Source: Candidatus Poribacteria bacterium (GTDB taxonomy: Bacteria; Poribacteria; WGA-4E; WGA-3G). From it: 64,000 bases of DNA. The stretch spans positions 704,001 through 768,000 of the forward strand of contig OZ244048.1 in NCBI GenBank assembly GCA_965215265.1. Reading direction: 5' to 3'. Of this stretch, positions 20,728 through 29,763 are shown piece after piece. The notes beneath the pieces are model-generated. The model worked only from the letters and a program-made list of their open reading frames with translations. It did not search any database and was not told where the DNA came from. The stretch's first letter is position 1; the number at the start of each line of letters is the position of its first letter. The translations under genes and the position numbers were made by a program.

Positions 20728-21044
20728 ATGGGCAGAGGATCAATTATTCAGAAATTTCAAGAATTGGAAAATTGCCGAAAAGTAAAAGTCGGCTCATTTC
20801 ATTCACTGATATAGAGAAGATCTGGCAAACCTACTTAGAGAGTTTGGACTGTGGGACAAAAATTATTATCCTGAGTACCTGTTTTGGCATTTACAAAACG
20901 ACGAAGTCTGGGAAATATCTAATGCCTACAGAATTAGAGAATAAAAAATAAAGGGAACCGAGTAGGGATGCACGCATAACAGATTTGAGACTTTAAGGTG
21001 TCGGTGGTTTTCTTGAGCCCATTGCCGAGCGACTTCAAAATGAT
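20728..21044 (+). pseudogene. decayed SBD (phosphorothioate-DNA-binding) restriction endonuclease
   Basis: MGRGSIIQKFQEL..RLISFTDIE / DLANLLREFG....YPEYLFWHLQNDEVWEI..GGF; frameshifts and stops; interrupted by the IS630 remnant. Confidence 0.6.
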
Positions 21045-21407
21045 TATAGTGAAAGAGATAATGACTCGGACACTTTTAGTATCTTATCCAGAAACATTTC
21101 GGTGTGGTATTCACTTCGGTAGTTCACCGTGGTAAAATCCTTCTCAATCGGGTTGAGTTCCGGCGAGAACGGAGGTAAAAACAGTCAACTCGTTCCATAC
21201 CTCTCAACCAAGATCGCTGTCTCTACGCTTTTATGGAAAGACGCGTTATCCAAAATCACCACAAGCGAAGCATCTAATAGCGGACATAATAATATCTTCA
21301 AAAATGCGGGCCACCTCGGTTTTCTTGCTGCCGTTTTCGAGAAATATGGGATAAGTGCTCTAACATATCTTAAAGAAAATGTCCATATATTTTTGGGGTT
21401 TACTATA
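21045..21407 (-). mobile_element. internally deleted IS630-family element (363 bp)
   Basis: TATAGT..GGACA.TTT imperfect terminal IRs with TA ends; HTH remnant FLENGSKKTEVARIF next to VVILDNASFH..*LFLPPFSPELNPIEK. Confidence 0.8.
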
Positions 21408-21584
21408 ACTCGCGGCTGTTGTTTAGATATGCACGCTGCAGCTTCTGTCTGAATCGCGGATTTTCACCGATGAGACAGATAACATCGATTGCTGTCTCAC
21501 CGAAGGCTTTTGAGGAGCTAGACTGAGTTGGCAGTGTGCAAATCTATGGTGGCTGCGTTGAGGAGCGGCTGAAGGTTGGGAAAA

Positions 21585-24500
21585 TTAGCGTAAGATTGCT
21601 AGTTTCCCAACCTGTTCGACTGTATCGGAATCGGTGTGTGCGATGACTCGGTAGAGATAGACTCCGTTTGCACAGCGGGTGCCTGTTTCGTCGCGTCCGT
21701 CCCATTCGGTTTCGTTGTTGCCGCGGCGTGCGCTAGCGTCGAGAATGGTTCGGATGAGTCTGCCTGTGACGGTGTAAATTTTGATGGTGACCTCGTCTGG
21801 TGGTTGTGCGAGGTGGTAGGTGAAGGTCGTTTTTCCGTTGGGTGTTGGATTGGGTACGTTGAAGACTTCATCGAGGGAAACGGCCTGATTTAAAGAGAAT
21901 GCTATCTGGAGTTCGGCTGCGTTTTGACTGGTATCAGCCGCGGCGACTTGTAGTTGGTAGTCGCCATTGTGGAGGTCGGGGGCAAAAGTGACGGCGGCAG
22001 TTGTGGGTACCTGTGCATCAAAGCGGAAGGTGTATGCGTTTTCATCAAGTGGTGTGAGTGGTTCATAAGTTTGATTCAATGCGAGGTTGAAGCTTGTATT
22101 GTCAAGCGCGCCATCATCGGTGAGGGTAATTTCAAACTGGGGTTGTTGTGTTAGTATGATACCGTCAGTGATTTCTATGTCAGTGGTTTCGCTCCTGTGG
22201 GTTGCGGAGCCGCCGGCTGTCGGCGAGTCGTTAGCAAGGACACGCACGAGAATTTCGGGTGGTGTGATGTCGGGTTCTTCTGTGACAAAGAAGCGGTAGG
22301 TGATGTTGCGGTCTTCTCCGCCGATAGGGTTTGCGTTGAAGTCTTGTACCTGGAATTCAAAGGTATGCTCGCCGGGAAAGAGGATGGGCTGATAGTCGAT
22401 AGGGAGTGTGTATATTCCACTTTCAGTGCGGCGTTGATAGCCATCAGGTCCGCCCTCTGTGAGTTTTTGTGTTGGGCCGCCATCTTTCCGTTTTGCGAAG
22501 GAGAGTGTATCAATATCGATGCCGTTTTCGTCCTCAAAGAGTATAGAGAAGGTCGGACGTGGTGGTATGACACTGCCAGTTTGTGGTTGAATTCCGTCTA
22601 CCCATATCTGGAAGCTAGGTGGTTCGTTGTCGGTAGTGTGCATGAGTGTGAAGGGTGTGAGTTCTGTGACTTCTGCGGTAATGGTTCCGACACGTGCGCT
22701 GCTGAATTTAATTTTATCGCCGAATTCGAAATCTTCGGAGCTAGCGGATACGAGAATTTCGAGTCCAAGGTGGCTAAGGAAAAGGGTTTCGTTGACGATG
22801 CCTGTGACTTTGACACCGTTGGGTAGATGTACCGGCAGTGCGGCGGTATCTCGGATTTCATAACGTTCAGTAGATGTTAAAAAGATAAACCAATCTCCTA
22901 CCTCAAATTCTTTCTTTGGGCCGAGTCTGCTATGAACAGTTGCGGTTCCGTTCCCTCGGTTTTTGTTTCTTGTGTTGACAAGTACGACATCGCCTTGTGG
23001 GTTATAGTCGGTATTAAATGTGAGAATATCGGCGAATTCGAATGAGAATTTTTTTCCGAGTGGCGTGCTTTCTTGGCTGGGAATGAGGAGTTCTAATCCG
23101 AACGCCTCTACGCGGAATGGGATATCGAGATGCCCGGTGGTATCAAGTTCTTGTATGGGGGTTTCGCCCTTCCGGCGGAGAAAAACTTGGTATTGCGATG
23201 CGTCTAAGAAGAGTATGACCCAATTTCCTGCAGGTGTGAGGTTGGGATTGATGTTAATATTGTCGGGCATGAGTTCCTGTTGACTAGCGTTTTCTATTTG
23301 TGTGGGAGTGACGTAGTTTTCTAGTGCAAATTCGGGTTCAGTGGTTGCTTCGGTGTATTTAATTTCTGAAGTTAAGCGTCGCCATGCGGCATGCTGTGCC
23401 TGCCATGTATAGATAGCGAGCTGGTCGGCAGTTTCTGCGACGGCGGCTTTAAAGGCGGGTGCATCGGTAGGGAGTGATTGGTAGAGAGAATCGCGCTGTG
23501 AAAGCGGGTTTTGGGAATTTCGGACGATATCTTCTATGGCACTGACATCAAATCGTATTTTGACTTGGGCAGGCTTTTTGAGCTGCGTAACGCCGGTGCG
23601 GAATGCGGCTTCGTAGTGTCTTGCACTACCAGCTTCATCAGCCTGCCGGATGAGCCCCCGTCGGAGAGCTGCGACGCGTGGGATAGGGGCGAAGTAGATA
23701 TCCGGTTGTTTGCCGTCTTCAGGCGGATATGATGATACAGAGAGGGGAATGCTGTTGCTCTGTGTATCGATTGCGCCGGCAGGAAAATGAATATCAAAGA
23801 CCCGGTCAAGGCTAAAGGCGGTAATTTTTTCGTTGGGTTTATAGTTAAAATCGTTAACGACGAAAGAGAAGTATTTTTTGTTATCAAAGATGCGTGCTTC
23901 ATGGATGTTGCCGAGGATTTTATCGTCAATTTCCGGGTCGTCTGGATCTGCGAGTGCATAAATTTTATGTACGCCGGGTGTGAGGGGTGTGTTGAGGGAA
24001 ACGGTAGCGGTAGCGTGCTGCAAGACGTGAGTTCCCTGTTTCCAATCGTTTGCGGTAATGGTGGCGGCGGCGAGTATGTCCGCCTCGTCGTCAATTCGAC
24101 TATCTCCGTTTGCGTCGGGGTTTCCTTCAGCAAAAACTACCTCGAACTCGGTTTGTACAAACCGTCCGCCGTTGTTAATGAGTTCTGCGACGAGTTGGTA
24201 TCGGTTTTCAGCTTCACTAAACTGGTATCGGATAGGTGCTGTGTTTGTGCCGTCGGTTCCGATGGCGATGTTAGGTCCCTCTGGGACTTTGACAATATTG
24301 CGATCGGTTTTGGAAGGGTGTGCGATTTCATGTCCTGTGGTGTCAGTAATCTGTATGCGATAGCGTACCTGCCTGCCGCCTTGTGGTAGGGGTATAGGTG
24401 TTTGGAGTTGGTACCACTGTCCGCCTGGTGGTGTTTCGCCAAAAGGTGTTTTTGCCTCAACTAATGGTATGGTTGCATCCTCAAATTCGGCAGTATTATC

Positions 24501-27500
24501 CCAGAGGACGCTGAGGTTTCGGAGTCCTGCGGCACCTTTGTCATCGACAATAAGGATGTTGAGTTGCAGTGTATCTTTGATAATATCAAGTTCTTCTTTG
24601 ATTTCTCGTATGACGGGTGTTTCTATCCAGAAGCGTTGGCCTCCGACGGCGGCGTGCGCGTCATTAAAAGCGAATAATCGTACAACGCCGCTGCCGGGCA
24701 ATGCAGTATTGGGGATGTGGAGGCGGATGGTGCCGTATTCGCCCTGCCAAACGCGGCTGAGAGTGCGTCGGGAGAGTTCATTCCCCAAGTCGTCGTCAAA
24801 ATTATTAGGGAAAAAGGCAGTAGCTGAGAGTATTTCGGAGTTAAAATCGTTCGCCTTTTGCCAGGTTCCGTTTTGTGTGGTGCGTCCGACTTCATTCTGC
24901 AAGATGACGAGCTGTTGTTTATCGTTGAGAGCGATGCGTTCCAGTTCAACTTTGATGTCGAGTTCGGGGCGTGCGAGTCGGGTTGCGGGGTCTCCGAAGA
25001 GCGTATATTGTTCGGTTCCAGGGATCCACTGTGGGTTTCGGATGCGGGTGAGGAATTTGATTTTTGCATCAGCGATAATTTTACCGAGGCTGACACCGTT
25101 TCTTTTGTCTCCTTCTTGTTTGAGAGCTGGTTCGAAGAGAGATTTAAAGAGATCTCTGTCAAATTCTGCGTTTGCGGTTCCGTAGGTGAGTCGTGTAGCC
25201 GAGAGTGCGGCGATTGCACCGTATTGGCCTAATAGGAATTGTTCACTGAGACAAAAATTTCCGATTTGTTGAGGTTTATCAAATTGCCCATTGAGACAGG
25301 TTGTGGTTATGACAAAAGGGAGGTACCGGTTTCGTAGCTGTGTGACATCTTCGCTGCGAAAGATAGACTCGTCGGCCCATGTCTGTATGCCTCCGTGTCC
25401 GGTGTATTCGATGGCGAGTGCGCCGTCGTTCAAGGCGCTGCGTATCCTGGATGCAGTGAGTGTAGGGCTTTTGACCTGTCGGAGGTAAATTTGTCGGGTG
25501 TTATAGCCGGGTGGTATAACATCGCGAATGAGTTCGTTGCGTGATATCTCAAAGAGTGCGTCGCCGGGGTTATCCAGATGATCATCTGCGACTTGTATGA
25601 GAGTGCCTTGCCAAGGTCCGGTTTTGAGTTTGCGTTCATAATTAATAATTTTTTTGACCATGACGTTTAATTCTTGAGAGTTTTGTACGGAGAGTCGGCC
25701 GATGAACATATCGGGTAGGGCGTCCTCGCCACTGACATTGACGAATCGGCCATCCATAGCGGTTTCGCCGCTTTCAGGTGCCCACCCGTGGAAGGTTGGG
25801 ACAAAAATGGGGTAGAGTGCATAGGTGCCGTGGAAGCTGGCATCGCGTCTGTAGCGTTCAACGGTAGCATTTTTGTAATCGTAGTGTGCGTCTCCGACGA
25901 GTACGACGTATGTAGGTGCGGGTGGTTTCCAGCTGGTGTATGCGTAGCGTAGGAATTTCTGAATGGCGAAGGGGTTGAAGAGTCCGTCGCTAAATTCGTC
26001 GTAGATGTCTGTGATATCAACGACGCTGGTTGTCAGGCCTTGTGAGCGTCGAAATTCGACGAGTGGCTGGATGCTCTGCTTAAAGGTTGGGTGCGTAATA
26101 ACGAGGTAATCGGCTTGGTTTGCGGGATTGCGTAGGGTTGTAGTGGGTGTAGGAATGAGTGCATTGATACTACGATATGCGTCGCGTCCGATGACAAAAT
26201 AGCGGCTATGCTGTGTTATGTGATCTTGAAAGAGGATGTGATGTGTTGCGCCAGTGGGTGTAATTTTTCCGCCGATTAGGCGTTGGGTGATGCCGCGGTC
26301 TCCGAGTTTATAAACATCTATTGTTTCGTCGAAAAAATTGGTGATTCGGTATTGTACGTTGCCGAGTGTTCGGGGTTCGGTGGTTGAATTGAATTCTAGT
26401 CGGTTGTTTTGTGCGTTAAAATCGTGCCAATAGTCAAATTCGTACCAGTCAAGATAGAAGTCGTATTGGCCTGGTGCGGTTTTATTGGTGTCGAGTGCGT
26501 CGATGCGCATCCAATTGCCTTCGTTGGGATGTATGAGTCTCTGTTGGATTGTGCGTGTAGCGATTTGGGATGCTTGTCGTTTCCATTCTTCGATGCGTCC
26601 GAGTCGTTGTCCGTTAAAAGAGATTTGTGCACGGTGTAGTGCGATGCCTCTGCGCGAAGCGCCTTGGAATTTAATTCGCAGGGTTGCGTTTCGGTTGATT
26701 TGAAGGCGTGGTGCTGCACCGGGTAGTGTGACAGGTAGGTCCTTTCGTGCGTTTTCTAGATTCCCGCCGCGGAATGCTATCCAAAAATAGTGGTCAGCGA
26801 GTTCAGATTTGATGTCGGAGCCTGTGAGTGCGTCGTGATGTACATCTTCTTCAAAGCGTGCGCGTGCCAAAAAAGCGCTGGGTGCTATTAGATTCGGGAT
26901 GCGCGGTGTTGCGTCGCGTGTTTGGACGCGAGAGGCATCGTATTCAGCGGGCATAGGTGTGATATTAAAATAGAGCCAATAGACGTTCTCATTGGTAAAT
27001 TTATTATCAACGAGTGCGCGTCCGTAAAAGATAATCCACTCCCCGTTGTCAAAAATTTCGTTTTCGTTATGATCAAAGATATAGATGCCGTGTTTCTGTC
27101 CGGCGTTTTCAAGTCGTATGCTGTCAAGATTGATCGTTTCTGGGGTAACGCCAGCTGCTTTAAGATTGTTGTAGGTGATGCGATAGAGATCGGTTTTGGT
27201 AATAGGAATTTTAAATCGGTGTGTGTGTGTTGCCTGCGGTGCTGCGGGTGCTTGATAGGCGGCAGCGATATGTGTTCTTCTCTGTTTTCGCCAGGGTCTG
27301 GCTTGGGCGTAGTTAAGGAGCATTCCCTGGAAGAGGTTTTCGTAGTATGGTGCTTCTGTAGGGATAAGGCTGGGTGCTGCTGGGGCGGCATTTCCTGCTG
27401 CGGGGAAAAGGATCCGGAATTCTACTGTGGCGTAGATTTTGAGCTGTCGCGTTGTGGGATTATATTGAATAGGATTGATTTGCAAGCTGCCAATTCGTTG

Positions 27501-28019
27501 TTCTCGTACAAATCCGCTGGGTATCACTTCAACGACATGTTGTGGATAAAAATTGTGTAGCGTTTTTGTGTTGCCTGTTGGCGAGTGTGGCTGTTCAGTT
27601 TTCGGATTGTAAACAACTTGTGCAACTGTTTTTGTCTCCACGTGTGTCCGAAGGATATTGAGAATAGGGTTACCAATAATAGGTATGCCGATACATTGTG
27701 TAAAGAGGGGTAGGTTCGGTTTACCGGGTTCGAGGGTTCGATCTGCGCCTTCAAAGGTAATGGCGGTGCCATCAGGTGTGTCGGTTATCTTCAATTCTGG
27801 CAATGTGAAACGCGCAGTAAAAGCATCGGAAGATACTGTGATAATCTGCAGCGGCGATTTTTGGGCAGTGGATGCCGATGATGTAAAGAGCAGACTCAGG
27901 ATAAGGGAAAGGAAAATCGGAATCATTCTTTTATATATTTCCGTACCATCAACGCTTCTGCTTTGATGGCTCGTGTATAAATCTCGTCGGAGGCTCCTAA
28001 TGTTTAGATTCAATTTCAT
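21585..28019 (-). CDS. large C25 (gingipain/PorU-like) cysteine peptidase with C-terminal FlgD-Ig domain
   Basis: ADYLVIT, DIYDEF, YVVLVGDA, IGRL, catalytic GHGG and TTCLNG, YTLFGDP; C-terminal PNP..KIYTVTGRLIR..WDGRD..ANGVYLY; start may be ATG 27926. Confidence 0.85.
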   Translation of the reverse strand: MKLNLNIRSLRRDLYTSHQSRSVDGTEIYKRMIPIFLSLILSLLFTSSASTAQKSPLQIITVSSDAFTARFTLPELKITDTPDGTAITFEGADRTLEPGKPNLPLFTQCIGIPIIGNPILNILRTHVETKTVAQVVYNPKTEQPHSPTGNTKTLHNFYPQHVVEVIPSGFVREQRIGSLQINPIQYNPTTRQLKIYATVEFRILFPAAGNAAPAAPSLIPTEAPYYENLFQGMLLNYAQARPWRKQRRTHIAAAYQAPAAPQATHTHRFKIPITKTDLYRITYNNLKAAGVTPETINLDSIRLENAGQKHGIYIFDHNENEIFDNGEWIIFYGRALVDNKFTNENVYWLYFNITPMPAEYDASRVQTRDATPRIPNLIAPSAFLARARFEEDVHHDALTGSDIKSELADHYFWIAFRGGNLENARKDLPVTLPGAAPRLQINRNATLRIKFQGASRRGIALHRAQISFNGQRLGRIEEWKRQASQIATRTIQQRLIHPNEGNWMRIDALDTNKTAPGQYDFYLDWYEFDYWHDFNAQNNRLEFNSTTEPRTLGNVQYRITNFFDETIDVYKLGDRGITQRLIGGKITPTGATHHILFQDHITQHSRYFVIGRDAYRSINALIPTPTTTLRNPANQADYLVITHPTFKQSIQPLVEFRRSQGLTTSVVDITDIYDEFSDGLFNPFAIQKFLRYAYTSWKPPAPTYVVLVGDAHYDYKNATVERYRRDASFHGTYALYPIFVPTFHGWAPESGETAMDGRFVNVSGEDALPDMFIGRLSVQNSQELNVMVKKIINYERKLKTGPWQGTLIQVADDHLDNPGDALFEISRNELIRDVIPPGYNTRQIYLRQVKSPTLTASRIRSALNDGALAIEYTGHGGIQTWADESIFRSEDVTQLRNRYLPFVITTTCLNGQFDKPQQIGNFCLSEQFLLGQYGAIAALSATRLTYGTANAEFDRDLFKSLFEPALKQEGDKRNGVSLGKIIADAKIKFLTRIRNPQWIPGTEQYTLFGDPATRLARPELDIKVELERIALNDKQQLVILQNEVGRTTQNGTWQKANDFNSEILSATAFFPNNFDDDLGNELSRRTLSRVWQGEYGTIRLHIPNTALPGSGVVRLFAFNDAHAAVGGQRFWIETPVIREIKEELDIIKDTLQLNILIVDDKGAAGLRNLSVLWDNTAEFEDATIPLVEAKTPFGETPPGGQWYQLQTPIPLPQGGRQVRYRIQITDTTGHEIAHPSKTDRNIVKVPEGPNIAIGTDGTNTAPIRYQFSEAENRYQLVAELINNGGRFVQTEFEVVFAEGNPDANGDSRIDDEADILAAATITANDWKQGTHVLQHATATVSLNTPLTPGVHKIYALADPDDPEIDDKILGNIHEARIFDNKKYFSFVVNDFNYKPNEKITAFSLDRVFDIHFPAGAIDTQSNSIPLSVSSYPPEDGKQPDIYFAPIPRVAALRRGLIRQADEAGSARHYEAAFRTGVTQLKKPAQVKIRFDVSAIEDIVRNSQNPLSQRDSLYQSLPTDAPAFKAAVAETADQLAIYTWQAQHAAWRRLTSEIKYTEATTEPEFALENYVTPTQIENASQQELMPDNININPNLTPAGNWVILFLDASQYQVFLRRKGETPIQELDTTGHLDIPFRVEAFGLELLIPSQESTPLGKKFSFEFADILTFNTDYNPQGDVVLVNTRNKNRGNGTATVHSRLGPKKEFEVGDWFIFLTSTERYEIRDTAALPVHLPNGVKVTGIVNETLFLSHLGLEILVSASSEDFEFGDKIKFSSARVGTITAEVTELTPFTLMHTTDNEPPSFQIWVDGIQPQTGSVIPPRPTFSILFEDENGIDIDTLSFAKRKDGGPTQKLTEGGPDGYQRRTESGIYTLPIDYQPILFPGEHTFEFQVQDFNANPIGGEDRNITYRFFVTEEPDITPPEILVRVLANDSPTAGGSATHRSETTDIEITDGIILTQQPQFEITLTDDGALDNTSFNLALNQTYEPLTPLDENAYTFRFDAQVPTTAAVTFAPDLHNGDYQLQVAAADTSQNAAELQIAFSLNQAVSLDEVFNVPNPTPNGKTTFTYHLAQPPDEVTIKIYTVTGRLIRTILDASARRGNNETEWDGRDETGTRCANGVYLYRVIAHTDSDTVEQVGKLAILR

Positions 28020-28068
28020 GTTAATAACCTAATGGAATAAGCCGGTGTGTCTCCTCCTGAAGTTTGTT

Positions 28069-29136
28069 TTAACAATAAGTGGCGGCCTCTTTTATAGCCG
28101 CGATGAGGCTTGTTTCGTTTGCGATGCCTTTGCCGGCAATGTCGAAGGCGGTGCCGTGGTCGACACTGGTGCGAATAATGGGCAGACCCAATGTGATATT
28201 GACAATCTGGCCAAATGCGAGAAGTTTTATAGGGATGTTTCCCTGGTCGTGGTACATGGCGATAACCGCATCCCAATGCCCTTGGCTTGCCTTAATAAAC
28301 AGTGTATCAGCAGGAAATGGACCGTCTATAAACGTTTGGGTGCCTAAGCTAGCTCTCGCCTGTTGAATTGCGGGAATGATACAGTTCAGTTCTTCAGTGC
28401 CAAATAGTCCGTCTTCGCCAGCGTGTGGATTGAGAGCGGCTAGAGCGAGGCGTGGAGTGTGGGTGCCTCTCTGCAAAAAAGCTTGATGTGTGATAGCGAT
28501 GACATCTACAATTTTTTGGATTGACAAGTGCTTAGGTACTTCGGCGAGCGGAATGTGGTTTGTGACAAAAACGACTGCTAGGTGCTTTCTATTTCTGTTT
28601 TGTGCTTCGGTCCACCCACTGGGGTCGGCCCCGGTTTTGAGCATCATAACAGCTTTAGGTGTATTCGTAAGTGCGGCAAGCATCTCGGTGTGTCCAGGGT
28701 AAGGGCAGCCGGCGCGTTGGATAGCTGCTTTGCATATCGGTGCGGTTACAATTGCATTTAGTGTTCCATTCAGTGCGAGACGTGTTGCTGTCTCGATTGC
28801 TCGGACAGCGGCTGCGCCGGTCCGTATGTCTATATGTCCTGGCCCCATCTCCGATGGATGCAAGGAGGCAACCTCCAAGACATCAACGGTTCCATACTGT
28901 GTTGCAGGCATCTCTCTAGGGTTGCGAAAACCGCGTACTTGTAGCCTTGGTTGGAATCTAAGGGCATGTTCAAAAATTGCGGTACTGCCGATGACAACAG
29001 GTCTGCATATCTCGTAAATGTTTTTGGATGCGAGTGCTTTAACAATAATTTCTGGGCCGATGCCGGCGGCATCGCCCATAGTAATGCCGATACGTGGGAG
29101 TGTTTTCACACTGTTTATGTGGTGGCTGATAGACAT
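28069..29136 (-). CDS. pdxA: 4-hydroxythreonine-4-phosphate dehydrogenase
   Basis: MGDAAGIGPE, PGHTE, LNPHAGE, MYHDQG, RTSVDHGTAFDIAG. Confidence 0.95.
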   Translation of the reverse strand: MSISHHINSVKTLPRIGITMGDAAGIGPEIIVKALASKNIYEICRPVVIGSTAIFEHALRFQPRLQVRGFRNPREMPATQYGTVDVLEVASLHPSEMGPGHIDIRTGAAAVRAIETATRLALNGTLNAIVTAPICKAAIQRAGCPYPGHTEMLAALTNTPKAVMMLKTGADPSGWTEAQNRNRKHLAVVFVTNHIPLAEVPKHLSIQKIVDVIAITHQAFLQRGTHTPRLALAALNPHAGEDGLFGTEELNCIIPAIQQARASLGTQTFIDGPFPADTLFIKASQGHWDAVIAMYHDQGNIPIKLLAFGQIVNITLGLPIIRTSVDHGTAFDIAGKGIANETSLIAAIKEAATYC

Positions 29137-29193
29137 TTTCTTCCCCAGTGGGTGGCTATTTTTATGATGGCTCCCACCCGCCCAACTCCACTC

Positions 29194-29490
29194 TCATCGA
29201 GGATCTTTGATGTCTGGTGGTTCAGTGAGGGTTCGGTATAGGGTTGCGGCTCTTGCACGTGAAACATTCCCGGTTGGTATTTCAAGGACTTCATATTCAA
29301 GAGTGTCGATGTCAGTACCGGAAATTTCTTGTCTGGGTGGCGGTAGGCTGATAATGTCGCCGGCTGCAAGTTCTTTAGCGGCTTTGGCGGGCTGTCCGTT
29401 TACGCAAACTTTGCCGCGGCTACAGAGTGTATTAGCAACGGGCCTACGTTTGACGAGGCGACTGACTTGTAAGAATTTGTCTAAGCGCAT
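29194..29490 (-). CDS. S4-domain RNA-binding protein (YabO/RqcP/Hsp15-like)
   Basis: MRLDKFLQVSRLVKRR..A...C..GKV.VNG. Confidence 0.9.
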   Translation of the reverse strand: MRLDKFLQVSRLVKRRPVANTLCSRGKVCVNGQPAKAAKELAAGDIISLPPPRQEISGTDIDTLEYEVLEIPTGNVSRARAATLYRTLTEPPDIKDPR

Positions 29491-29763
29491 TTTTTTGTAT
29501 TTTTGTATCCAATAGCGATAAGGCGGATTGGGTCTGAGACGTATTATGCCTGTCCACTTGGCCAGTCACTGCCCAATTGATAATATTAATAGGGCGAACA
29601 GTACATGACAAGGGCATTCCGCGGTTGATTGGCCCGTGGTACACAAGTGTGCCGTTCAAAGAAATCACCTTGCGAAAGGAATTCACCCTGCTTTGCAGGG
29701 AGAACTTCTTAAAAGGGATAATTCTTGTCGCAAACTGAGTCTATTTTTGAGCGCAACAAAAGA

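Noticed and set aside
21129-21452. 107-aa + strand ORF with a superficial IS1634-like segment
   Set aside because: It is the antisense shadow of the IS630 remnant.
21599-27966. Numerous 60-240 aa alternative-frame and antisense ORFs here and inside other long genes
   Set aside because: Shadows of well-supported CDSs with no recognisable motifs.
29500-29760. 6S RNA or cobalamin riboswitch
   Set aside because: Lacks the long rod with central bubble and the B12-box motifs.
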